A DNA stretch of 32,000 bases from Sinorhizobium meliloti (GTDB lineage Bacteria; Pseudomonadota; Alphaproteobacteria; Rhizobiales; Rhizobiaceae), in assembly GCF_017876815.1 (NCBI RefSeq), contig NZ_JAGIOS010000001.1:1770001-1802000 (forward strand). The letters are read 5' to 3'. The notes beneath the pieces were generated by a model. That model saw only the letters and a list, made by a program, of their open reading frames with translations. It was not told where the DNA came from and did no database searches. The position numbers were made by a program, and so were the translations under genes. Positions 8,735 to 17,472 of the stretch are shown one piece after another (the first letter of the stretch is position 1; each line of letters opens with the position of its first letter).

Positions 8735-11661
8735 TAGCGTACCGCCTCCTTGTCGGAGCGCGCGGCCTTCGCATGCGCACGCGGTGCACGGACCGACTGG
8801 TGCGCCAGCGCGATCAGGATGAGAACGGTGGCACCGAGCACCAGCGAGAAGACGCCGAGGTCGAAGAGGATCGCGCTTGCGAGCGGAAACTTGCCGACGA
8901 CCGGCAGGCTTGCATATTGCGCGTGGGAGGTGAGGAACGGATAGCCGAAGAACCAGGATCCGACGCCCGTGGCCGTCGCCACCAGGAGACCGATGCTCAT
9001 CCAGCGAAGCGGATGGATGCGGAGCCGTTCCTCGACCCAGCGGGTGCCGCCGGACATATATTGCAGGATGAAGCCGATCGACATGGCGATGCCGGCGGCA
9101 AAACCGCCCCCCGGCAGATCATGTCCGCGCAGGAAGAGAAAGGCCGCGAGCATTCCGGTGACCGGAAACATCCAGCGCATGATCACCGCCGGGATGAAGA
9201 GGTATTCGGCCACGCTGTCGCCGGCGGCGCGGTCGGGGTGATCGTCGTCGAAGGCGTTCTGCACTTTTTGCTGCTCAGGGGCCTCCAGGCTGTCGGACTG
9301 AGGTCGGAAGCGCAGGAGAAGCGCGAAGACCGTGAGCGCCACGATGCAGAGCACGGCGATCTCGCCGAGCGTATCGAAGCCGCGGAAATCGACGAGGATG
9401 ACGTTGACGACGTTGGTGCCGCCGCCCTCGCGATAGGCGCGCTCGAGAAAATAGCTGGCGATGGTTTCGGGAAGGGGCCGCGTCATCACCGTGTAGGCGA
9501 TGAGCATCATTCCTCCGCCGGCGCCGATCGCCAGCAGCAAGTCGCGCAAGCGCCTCAGGCGGACCCGGATCGAGATGTCTTCCGCCGCCACCGGCTCCTC
9601 GATGCGCTTCGGCAGCCAGCGCAATCCGAGGAGAATGAGCACGGTGGTGACGATCTCCACCAGGAGCTGCGTGACCGCAAGATCGGGTGCGGAAAGCCAG
9701 ACGAAGGTAATGCAGGTGACGAGCCCTGCTCCGCCGAGGAGCACCAGCGAGGCGAGACGGTGGAATTTCGCCTGATAGGCGGAGCCGATGGCGCAGGCGA
9801 TGCCGATTGCCCAAAGCAGGGCGAAGGCGGGATCGATGCCGCGGATCACAAGCGGCGGCAGTTCGAAATTGCCGAGAAGAAGCGGCGATGCCCCCGCCGC
9901 AAGTGCCAGGAAGACGAGGAGACGCATCTGCGGCTGCAGGCGGCGCGTGCCGAGCCGCTGTTCGAGCCATCGGGCCCACTTCCAGGAAAGCGTCACCAGA
10001 ACGCGCTCGAAAATGCGCTGACCCTGGAGCAGCCGGAAGACCGGCGGACCCTCGACGGCCGTCGCCAGATAGGAGCGCATCAGGAAATAGAGACCGATGC
10101 CGCCTGAAAGCGCGACGAAGCTCATGATCAGCGGAATGTTCCAGCCGTGCCAGACCGAAAGGCTGTAATCGGGCGTTCCCTCGCGCAGGACCGAGAGAAC
10201 GGCCGTGTGAAGAAAGGGACCGATCGTCTGGGCGGGAATTATACCGACGACCAGACAGGCGAGAACGAGGAAGTCGAGCGGAGCCCGCATCCAGCGGGGT
10301 GGCTCATGCGGCTTTCTCGGGAGGTCTGCCGGTGGCCGGCCGAAGAAGACGCCGTGGATGAAGCGGAGCGAATAGGTGACTGCAAACATGCCCGCGATCG
10401 TCGCCACATACGGCGTGACCGTGTCGAGCGGGTTGACGAGATGCGTCTCGATCGCCTCGGCAAAGAACATCTCCTTGGAGAGAAAGCCGTTGAGCAGCGG
10501 CACGCCGGCCATGGCGGCACTCGCCACCATGGCGAGCGTCGCGGTGATCGGCATGAAGTGGAACAGCCCGCCCAGCCTGCGAATGTCGCGGGTGCCGCTT
10601 TCATGATCGATGATGCCGGCCGCCATGAAGAGCGAGGCCTTGAAGGTCGCGTGGTTGACGATATGGAAGACCGCGGCGACGGCCGCCAGCGGACTGCCGA
10701 GGCTCAGGAGAACGGTGATGAGCCCGAGATGACTGATCGTCGAATAGGCGAGGAGTCCTTTCAGATCCTGCTGAAAAATCGCGAAATAGGCGCCGAGCAG
10801 GAGCGTTGTCAGTCCCGCAAGGCCGACGATCCAGAACCAGGCTTCCGTGCCGGCCATCACCGGCCAGAACCGCACGAGCAGGAACACGCCGGCCTTCACC
10901 ATCGTTGCCGAATGCAGATAGGCCGAAACCGGCGTCGGGGCCGCCATCGCGTGCGGCAGCCAGAAATGGAAGGGGAACTGGGCGCTCTTCGTCAACGCCC
11001 CGAGCAGGACGAGGACAAGCACCGTGCCATAGAGCGGATGGTTGCGGATCGCGTCGCCCGAGGCGAGGACCGCGTCGAGTTCATAGCTGCCGACGATCTT
11101 GCCGATGATTATCAGGCCGACGAACATGGCGAGGCCGCCCGTGCCGGTAATCGTCAGCGCCATGCGGGCGCCGTCGCGGGCGTGTGCGTTATGGTGCCAA
11201 TAGCCGATCAGCAGGAAGGAGACGATGCTGGTCAGCTCCCAGAAGACGGCGAGCAGAATGAGGTTGCCGGAAAGGACGACGCCCAGCATCGAGCCCATGA
11301 AGGCAAGGAACAGCGCGAAAAAGCGCGGGACCGGGTCCTCCTCGGCCATATAGTAGCGGGCATAAAGGACGACGAGAACGCCGATCGCCGTGATCAGCGC
11401 CGAAAAAAGCCAGGCGAAGCCGTCCATCCTGAGGGTGAAGTTCAGCCCGAGTTCCGGAACCCAGTCGATCCGGTAATGGAGGACGCCGCCCGAGGCGACG
11501 TAGGGATAGAGGCCGGCGGTCACCAGGAAGCAGACAAGCGCGATCGCACCTGCGAACCAGGATATCGCACCGCGCTGATCGGACGGGAAGAAGATTGCAA
11601 TGAGGCTTCCCGCGAAGGGGACAAGAATGAAAACAGAAAGCAATTTCTCCGCGTATTCGAT
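8734..11661 (-). CDS. phaAB: fused monovalent cation/H+ antiporter subunits A+B (NuoL-like plus MrpB domain)
   Basis: About 975 aa. The N-terminal NuoL/MnhA-like region has FWELTSIVSFLLIGYW and FPFHFWLPHAMAAPTPVSAYLHSATMVKAG. The C-terminal MnhB-like region has NVVNVILVDFRGFDTLGE. The 5' end is uncertain (see finding). The coordinate given is the ATC codon 8 nt after an AAGGAG. An alternative TTG lies at 11643, and the track start at 11808 is a CTG. Confidence 0.85.
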   Translation of the reverse strand: MEYAEKLLSVFILVPFAGSLIAIFFPSDQRGAISWFAGAIALVCFLVTAGLYPYVASGGVLHYRIDWVPELGLNFTLRMDGFAWLFSALITAIGVLVVLYARYYMAEEDPVPRFFALFLAFMGSMLGVVLSGNLILLAVFWELTSIVSFLLIGYWHHNAHARDGARMALTITGTGGLAMFVGLIIIGKIVGSYELDAVLASGDAIRNHPLYGTVLVLVLLGALTKSAQFPFHFWLPHAMAAPTPVSAYLHSATMVKAGVFLLVRFWPVMAGTEAWFWIVGLAGLTTLLLGAYFAIFQQDLKGLLAYSTISHLGLITVLLSLGSPLAAVAAVFHIVNHATFKASLFMAAGIIDHESGTRDIRRLGGLFHFMPITATLAMVASAAMAGVPLLNGFLSKEMFFAEAIETHLVNPLDTVTPYVATIAGMFAVTYSLRFIHGVFFGRPPADLPRKPHEPPRWMRAPLDFLVLACLVVGIIPAQTIGPFLHTAVLSVLREGTPDYSLSVWHGWNIPLIMSFVALSGGIGLYFLMRSYLATAVEGPPVFRLLQGQRIFERVLVTLSWKWARWLEQRLGTRRLQPQMRLLVFLALAAGASPLLLGNFELPPLVIRGIDPAFALLWAIGIACAIGSAYQAKFHRLASLVLLGGAGLVTCITFVWLSAPDLAVTQLLVEIVTTVLILLGLRWLPKRIEEPVAAEDISIRVRLRRLRDLLLAIGAGGGMMLIAYTVMTRPLPETIASYFLERAYREGGGTNVVNVILVDFRGFDTLGEIAVLCIVALTVFALLLRFRPQSDSLEAPEQQKVQNAFDDDHPDRAAGDSVAEYLFIPAVIMRWMFPVTGMLAAFLFLRGHDLPGGGFAAGIAMSIGFILQYMSGGTRWVEERLRIHPLRWMSIGLLVATATGVGSWFFGYPFLTSHAQYASLPVVGKFPLASAILFDLGVFSLVLGATVLILIALAHQSVRAPRAHAKAARSDKEAVR

Positions 11662-11873
11662 CGTTTTGTCTCCTTGCGAGTGTATTGGAGGTCGGGACTT
11701 CGGTCCCGCGAGGACTGACGCCGGACGGGTCACGCGGACGAGGTCCGCGCGTTCGCATAAGCGGCAGAAGGCATATGTTTTTATGACTATTTTCCGGACG
11801 GCTGCCAAGCCTTAGCAGCAAGAAAAAGCCGCGTATGTGCAGTCCGCCTCTGAAGGCGAGGGCCGGATACCGG

Positions 11874-14504
11874 TCAGGCGGCGCGCCACCGCCGCTCGAA
11901 GACGAAAGTGGCAAGATCGTTGGCGTTCATCGGCCGGGCGAAGGCGTAGCCCTGCAGACCATGGCATTCCATTTCCTTGAGGATGCGGGCGTGCTCGAGC
12001 GTTTCGACACCTTCGGCGATCACTTCGATCCCGAGCGATGTGCCGATGTCGATGATCGATGCCACGAGCCGGCGCTCCGCCGGAGAGGAGAGAATAGGCA
12101 GCACCAGTTGCCGATCTATCTTCAGGCGGCGTGGCGTCAGCTTCAGCAGGCTCAGGATCGAGGGATAGCCGGTACCGAAGTCGTCGATCTCGATGTCGAT
12201 GCCGAGTTCCTTGATGCGCCGGATGTTGGACATGACCGTCACATCGTTTTCGTCAAAGGAAATCGATTCGAGCAGTTCGAAGGAAAGCCGCCCCTCGGGT
12301 ATGGAGAGCTCCTCCAGCCGGGCGATCAGTCCCTCGTCTCTCAGGCGCGGATAGGAGAGGTTGACAGACACCTTCGGCACATAGATGCCGTTTGCCTCCC
12401 AGCGATAGATCTGAAAGAGCGCCTGTTCGAGGATCTTCTGATCGATCGCCGCGACGACGTTGATGTCCTCCGCCGTCTTGAGAAAGGCGTGCGGACCGAG
12501 GAGCCCCTTGGTGGGATGATCCCATCGCGCGAGTGCCTCGACGCCGATGATGTCGAGCGAGCTCGGACAGAACTGCGGTTGGAAATATGCGACGAATTCG
12601 TTCTGCTCGAGACCGCGCAGGATCTCGTCGGCCGTCTGTTTCGTCTGGAGCACGGCGGTCTTCAGTGCGCCCGTAAAGGTCTCGTGGCGGTTGCGGCCGC
12701 GGCGCTTGGCCTCGTAGAGGGCGATATCGGCGTTGACGAGGACCTGGGAAAGGTCATCCGCCGCATCGGTTTGAGCGGCAATGCCGATGCTCACGCCGAT
12801 GCGGCATTCCTGATCTTCGTAGCGGACCGGAACGCTCATCGCCTCGATCACGCGGGAAGCCAGCGCCGCGTCTTCGTCGCAGCCGCCGCTTGCGCGAATG
12901 ATGACGAACTCGTCGCCGCCGATGCGGGCGACGAAGTCGTCCTGGCGTGCATTGTCCCGCAAAAGGCTTGCCGCATGCTTCAGGATCTCGTCGCCGGCTG
13001 CATGGCCCATCGTGTCGTTGATCTGCTTGAAACGGTCGAGGTCGATATGGAAGATGCTGATCTTCGCCTTTGCGTCGGCCCGTCGGCTGCGGTCGAAGAG
13101 AATCTGGTCCAGGAAGCGGCGATTGGGCAGGCCGGTCAATGGATCGTGCAGGGCGTTGAATTCCATGCGATGGCGCGCCGCCTCCAACTCGGCACTGTGG
13201 GCCTCGGCGAGGCGTTTGGCCTCCGAAAGCGTCGCGCGTGTCTTCACGTCGGCCGTCACGTCCCAGTTGACGCCGACGATCTTCCTGTTGCCGTTCGTGC
13301 CGGCATAGGTCGAGCCGATCGCACGGATGTGGCGGACTTCCCCATCCGGAAGGCGGATGCGGAATTCCGTGTTGTATGCGCCGCCCGTGGCGAGCGTTCC
13401 GGCGAATTCCGCCTCGGCACGGGCGAGATCGTCCGGATGAAGCGTGTTCCGCCAGTCCTCGTAGACCTCGCGCATCGACGATCCGATACCGTAGAGCTCC
13501 TTCATGCGGCTGTCCCACAGGAGCGTGCCGCTGTCGACGTCGAGCTCCCATATGCCGATCTTCGAAGTGTCGAGCGCGATCCTCAACCGGTGCGAAAGCT
13601 CCTGAAGCTGATCCTTGCTCTGCCTCAATGCGCGAAAGTTCGCCTGCCGCTCCGCCATGAGGCGGCCGGCGACGATCATCGGAGCGACGATCATCAGGCC
13701 GCCGAATGCGATGAGGAAGCGGACCTGCCAGGCATTCTGCGGTGTCGTCGGCCACCCGCCTTTGGGGATCGCGGCCATGCGCCAGGAACCGCCGGGCAAG
13801 GATACGCTCATCTCGACAGGGGCATTTTCGAAGATTGCCGGGTCGCCGAAGAAATGCGGGCCGCCGCGCCCCGTGCCGTCGCGGCCGGCAATGGCGATGT
13901 CGAGCGCCGGCGATGAAAGGCCACTGTCGCGATAGAGGCGATCGACATCGATCACCGCTGAAACGACGCCCCAGAAGCGGCGGCCGCCTTCCGGACCGGT
14001 GGTTACGGGAAAGCGGCCGATCAGCCCGCGACCGCCTTGCACGAGGTCGACCGGGCCCGCGAGCACCATCTCTCCGGATGCCACCGCGCGCATGACGGAA
14101 CTGCGTTGTTTGTCGTTCGTGCGGTAATCGAGGCCGATCGCCTTCTCATTGCCCGTCAGCGGGTAGACCATCGCGACCACCAGTCCCGGCGCGGCGGCGA
14201 TGTTGCGGAGCTGCGATCCCGCGCCGAAGACGCGACGCGCGAGTTCTCCGAAGCGCTGCTGCTGCATGTCGGGTTCGGTCTCGATCGTGGCGATCAGGCC
14301 CCGGACCAACTGGATATTGCCATTGACGCTGCTCTCGAGGCTCGAGCGTATCGGGTTGAGCGCGTCGGCGACTTCGGAGCGCAGCCGCGCTTCCGAAACG
14401 ATCCGGTTCTGATTGTCGGCGAGAACCCCGGCAACGACCACGACAAGGGCCGCGATGACGGCCGGAAGGTAGCTGGGGGTGAGAAAGCGCGACAGAGGGG
14501 ACAT
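11874..14504 (-). CDS. membrane sensor protein CHASE-PAS/PAC-GGDEF-EAL (diguanylate cyclase/phosphodiesterase)
   Basis: Two TM segments (LPAVIAALVVVVAGVLA and FLIAFGGLMIVAPMIVAG) flank a CHASE-like periplasmic region (PLTGNEKAIGLDYR...LAGPVDLVQGGRGLIGRFPV). This is followed by PAS/PAC (IGIWELD...WDVTA), GGDEF (RIGGDEFVII, with RQDD five residues upstream as an RxxD I-site) and EAL (EALARW, DDFGTGY, EGVE, QGYAFARP). The start is the ATG at 14504 (MSPLSRF). Confidence 0.9.
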   Translation of the reverse strand: MSPLSRFLTPSYLPAVIAALVVVVAGVLADNQNRIVSEARLRSEVADALNPIRSSLESSVNGNIQLVRGLIATIETEPDMQQQRFGELARRVFGAGSQLRNIAAAPGLVVAMVYPLTGNEKAIGLDYRTNDKQRSSVMRAVASGEMVLAGPVDLVQGGRGLIGRFPVTTGPEGGRRFWGVVSAVIDVDRLYRDSGLSSPALDIAIAGRDGTGRGGPHFFGDPAIFENAPVEMSVSLPGGSWRMAAIPKGGWPTTPQNAWQVRFLIAFGGLMIVAPMIVAGRLMAERQANFRALRQSKDQLQELSHRLRIALDTSKIGIWELDVDSGTLLWDSRMKELYGIGSSMREVYEDWRNTLHPDDLARAEAEFAGTLATGGAYNTEFRIRLPDGEVRHIRAIGSTYAGTNGNRKIVGVNWDVTADVKTRATLSEAKRLAEAHSAELEAARHRMEFNALHDPLTGLPNRRFLDQILFDRSRRADAKAKISIFHIDLDRFKQINDTMGHAAGDEILKHAASLLRDNARQDDFVARIGGDEFVIIRASGGCDEDAALASRVIEAMSVPVRYEDQECRIGVSIGIAAQTDAADDLSQVLVNADIALYEAKRRGRNRHETFTGALKTAVLQTKQTADEILRGLEQNEFVAYFQPQFCPSSLDIIGVEALARWDHPTKGLLGPHAFLKTAEDINVVAAIDQKILEQALFQIYRWEANGIYVPKVSVNLSYPRLRDEGLIARLEELSIPEGRLSFELLESISFDENDVTVMSNIRRIKELGIDIEIDDFGTGYPSILSLLKLTPRRLKIDRQLVLPILSSPAERRLVASIIDIGTSLGIEVIAEGVETLEHARILKEMECHGLQGYAFARPMNANDLATFVFERRWRAA

Positions 14505-14661
14505 GGCATGGTGCGGCTTCAAAAGAGCAATTCCAGGACGAGGCGCGCCCAAAAGGAGGCGGGGACGGCATGCAGCAAGCCGGATAATTCCAGACTCTCC
14601 TTAACAAACCTTCATTCGGGGTTCCTGAAATAGCTCTCGGTAAGGCGTGGTAGTAAACGCT

Positions 14662-16275
14662 TCAGCGTTGCGTTCCCATCATCGCCTGCAGTGTCTCGAG
14701 CCTGTCGGCGTCGCGAGGCAGCTTGTCGGGTCTGAGGCGGGCAATCCGCGGGAAGCGCATGGCTACCCCGGATTTGTGACGCGTGGAGCGGTTGAGGCCT
14801 TCAAAGGCAACCTCGACGACGAAGCCGCTGTCGGGTTCGGCGCGCACCGCGCGCACGGGGCCGAAGCGTTCGACCGTATTGTCGCGCACGAAGCGATCGA
14901 GAACCTCGAGCTCGGCATCGGTGAAGCCGAAATAGGCCTTGCCGACGGGAACGAGGCTCGCCCCGTCTTCACCCTCCGCCCAGACGCCGAAGGTGAAATC
15001 GGAGTAATAGCTGGACCGCTTGCCATGGCCGCGCTGGGCATACATCAGCACGGCGTCGATATTGAAGGGCGCCCGCTTCCACTTGAACCACGGCCCCTTG
15101 GCCCGTCCGGCCATATAGGGCGAATCCAGCCGTTTCAGCATGACGCCTTCGATCACCGGATCGGGCGGGCTGGAGCGCAGCTCGTCGAGCTCCTTCCAGC
15201 TTGAAAAGCCGACGAGCGGCGAGAGATCGAAATGCTGCGGCGAGGCCGCTTCGATCAGCGACGACAGGGCTTCGCGGCGCACACGAAAGGGCTCGGGCCT
15301 GATATCGCGCTCGCCGGAAAAGAGAATGTCGTAGGCACGGATGAAGGCCGGATACTCGTCCATCAGCTTGCGGCTGACGGTCTTGCGGTTCAGCCTTTGC
15401 TGCAGGTCCGCGAATGTGCCCGTGGCGCGGTTGCTGCGCATCGTTCCGCCGACCAGAAGCTCGCCGTCGATGACGCCCGTGATATCGGCAGCTTCGATGA
15501 TCTCGGGAAAGGCGGAGGATATCTCGTCGCCGCTGCGCGAATAGAGGCGTCGAGCCCCGCCGACATTGGCGAGCTGGACGCGGATGCCGTCCCATTTCCA
15601 CTCGGCCGCGAAGTCGGCCGGATCGAGCCCGTCGAGATCGCCATCGCCGACCGCTGTTGCGAGCATCACCGAATGAAAGACCGCAGGTGTCTTGAGCACC
15701 GGCATCTCCGCCTCACCGGTGAGCCAGAGGAAAAGGGGCAGGTATGGCGGCTCCAATCCGTGCCAGAGCGTTTCGATCTCGCTCACCTCCTTGCCGCCCA
15801 TCTCCGCCAGCGCCTGCTTCGCGAGCCGTGCCGAGACCCCGATGCGCAAGCCTCCTGTCGCGAGCTTCAGGAGGGCGAAGCGGCCGGAGGTGTCGAGCCG
15901 GTCCAGAAAGTCGCGGACGAGCGAACGGACCTCGGAGCGGCCGGCCCGCTGCAGCCGCTCGACAACCTCGCCGAGCGGAATGTCCTGAAGGGCGACGTCC
16001 GGCGGCGGCTCCCAGGCGAGAGAGACCGTTTCCGCGAGGTCGCCGACATAGTCGTAGGAATAGTGGAACAGCACGTCGTCCATGCGCTCGAGCAACAGGT
16101 CGCGAATGAGGGCAGGCTTCACCGTGTTGAGCGAGAGCGTCCCCGCGATCGCTGCCAGCGCATAGCCGCGGCTCGGATCGGGTGCGCCGCGGAAATAGTC
16201 GACGAGCAACCGGATCTTGGCGTTTCGCTGCGGCGTCAGCACGAGCCGGTCGAGCAGTTCGGCAAATGCTTTCAT
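14662..16275 (-). CDS. ATP-dependent DNA ligase (bacterial ligase-associated damage-response type)
   Basis: 537 aa. The adenylation motif I KxDG is present (EWKWDGIRVQL), followed by nucleotidyltransferase and OB-fold-like regions (EGVMLKR, PWFKWK). It starts 3 nt after the stop of the MBL exonuclease gene. Confidence 0.9.
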   Translation of the reverse strand: MKAFAELLDRLVLTPQRNAKIRLLVDYFRGAPDPSRGYALAAIAGTLSLNTVKPALIRDLLLERMDDVLFHYSYDYVGDLAETVSLAWEPPPDVALQDIPLGEVVERLQRAGRSEVRSLVRDFLDRLDTSGRFALLKLATGGLRIGVSARLAKQALAEMGGKEVSEIETLWHGLEPPYLPLFLWLTGEAEMPVLKTPAVFHSVMLATAVGDGDLDGLDPADFAAEWKWDGIRVQLANVGGARRLYSRSGDEISSAFPEIIEAADITGVIDGELLVGGTMRSNRATGTFADLQQRLNRKTVSRKLMDEYPAFIRAYDILFSGERDIRPEPFRVRREALSSLIEAASPQHFDLSPLVGFSSWKELDELRSSPPDPVIEGVMLKRLDSPYMAGRAKGPWFKWKRAPFNIDAVLMYAQRGHGKRSSYYSDFTFGVWAEGEDGASLVPVGKAYFGFTDAELEVLDRFVRDNTVERFGPVRAVRAEPDSGFVVEVAFEGLNRSTRHKSGVAMRFPRIARLRPDKLPRDADRLETLQAMMGTQR

Positions 16276-16278
16276 CGC

Positions 16279-17301
16279 TCACTCTCCCTCATCGTCGTAG
16301 CCGACAAGGTGCAATGGCCGTGCGGGTATGCCCTGCAACTGGCACCAGCGGACCAGCGCCTCCTCGCGCCCATGCGTGACCCAGACTTCAGCAGGCGCGA
16401 TTTCGCGGATCGTGGCCGTGAGCTCGGCCCAGTCGCAATGATCGGAGATGACGAGCGGCAGCTCGACGCCGCGCTGCTTGGCGCGCTGGCGGATGAGCAT
16501 CCAGCCGGAGGCGAAAATGGCGAGCGGATCGGCGAAACGGCGAGCCCATCGCTCGGCAAAAGCCGCCGGAGGCCCGAGAACGATGGCACCGGCGAGGTCC
16601 TGCCGGTTTTCCGGACCGAGCGTTGCCGGACGGATGTCGCCGAGATCGATCCCCTGGCTCTGGTAATATTCGCAGAGCCTGGCGAGTGCGCCATGGATGT
16701 GAATCGGTTCGTCGTAGCCCTGCTGGCGTATGAGCGCGATGAGGCGTTGTGCCTTGCCGAGGGCGTAGGCGCCGACCACATGCGCGCGCTCGGGAAATTG
16801 CCGGAGAGACTGGAGGAGCCGGGCGATCTCTCCCTTGTCGTCCGGGTGGTGGAATACCGGCAGGCCGAAGGTCGCTTCCGTGATGAAGACGTCGCAGGCG
16901 ACCGGCTCGAAGGATGGGCAGGTCGGATCGGGCCGTCGCTTGTAGTCGCCGGAAACCACGATCCGCGTTCCGTCCGCCTCGACGGAGATCTGCGCCGAGC
17001 CGAGCACATGGCCGGCCGGTTGGAAACGGACACGCACGCCGCCGATCGAAATCGTTTCGCCGAAGCGCGCGACGTCGCTCGCGCCGCAGAAGTCGTCACC
17101 ATATCGCAGGCGCATGATGTCGAGCGTCTCGCGCGTCGCGAGCACATGGCCATGTCCGGCGCGCGCATGGTCGGAATGTCCGTGGGTGATGAGTGCCCGT
17201 TCGACCGGTTGCACCGGGTCGATATAGAAATCCCCGTGTTGGCAGTAGAGACCCTTGGGGGCGGGAAAGAGCAACGCGTCCGGCTTCATACGGATAAACA
17301 T
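16279..17301 (-). CDS. ligase-associated metallo-beta-lactamase / beta-CASP-like exonuclease
   Basis: 340 aa with the HxHxDH motif (ITHGHSDHARAG). It is tightly coupled upstream of the ligase gene, the classical exonuclease-ligase pairing. An alternative start is the ATG at 17289 (MKPDALL). Confidence 0.85.
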   Translation of the reverse strand: MFIRMKPDALLFPAPKGLYCQHGDFYIDPVQPVERALITHGHSDHARAGHGHVLATRETLDIMRLRYGDDFCGASDVARFGETISIGGVRVRFQPAGHVLGSAQISVEADGTRIVVSGDYKRRPDPTCPSFEPVACDVFITEATFGLPVFHHPDDKGEIARLLQSLRQFPERAHVVGAYALGKAQRLIALIRQQGYDEPIHIHGALARLCEYYQSQGIDLGDIRPATLGPENRQDLAGAIVLGPPAAFAERWARRFADPLAIFASGWMLIRQRAKQRGVELPLVISDHCDWAELTATIREIAPAEVWVTHGREEALVRWCQLQGIPARPLHLVGYDDEGE

Positions 17302-17399
17302 AGCCGGCGGCGGCGCATCTGCCAGCTATCGGAGCCAAGTTTTTCGTTGCAACCGCGGGGGACCCCTCACCACAAGGGTCAGGGCTCTCCTCGGGTTTT

Positions 17400-17452
17400 G
17401 CCCCTCACCCTAACCCTCTCCCCGCAAGCGGGGCGAGGTTAGGGTGAGGGGC
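17400..17452. repeat. GC-rich palindromic intergenic element (REP/RIME-like)
   Basis: GCCCCTCACCCTAACCCTCTCCCCGC-AA-GCGGGGCGAGGTTAGGGTGAGGGGC. The outer 16 bp are perfectly complementary; the inner arm has 1 mismatch and 1 bulge. It sits between the nucleoside hydrolase stop and the exonuclease start. A partial copy of CCCCTCACC lies at 17363-17371. Confidence 0.75.
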
Positions 17453-17472
17453 AGGGTTGAACACCTCAAGCT

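Noticed and set aside
15232-17442. A very long (736 aa) + strand ORF antisense to the ligase and exonuclease genes. Similar long shadow ORFs occur at 2259-3776(-), 6817-8199(+), 8773-10107(+), 10147-11718(+), 11835-13916(+), 19389-21188(+), 20902-22191(+), 26759-28306(-) and 29996-31201(-).
   Set aside because: All lie opposite genes with strong family signatures. Their translations are Arg/Gly/Asp/His-rich and low-complexity with no recognisable motifs. Stop-poor antisense frames are an expected artefact of high GC3 coding sequence.
17302-17472. An alphaproteobacterial LexA/SOS box (GTTC-N7-GTTC) upstream of the exonuclease-ligase operon.
   Set aside because: Scanning both orientations found only a single GAAC (17467-17470) with no partner at the required spacing.
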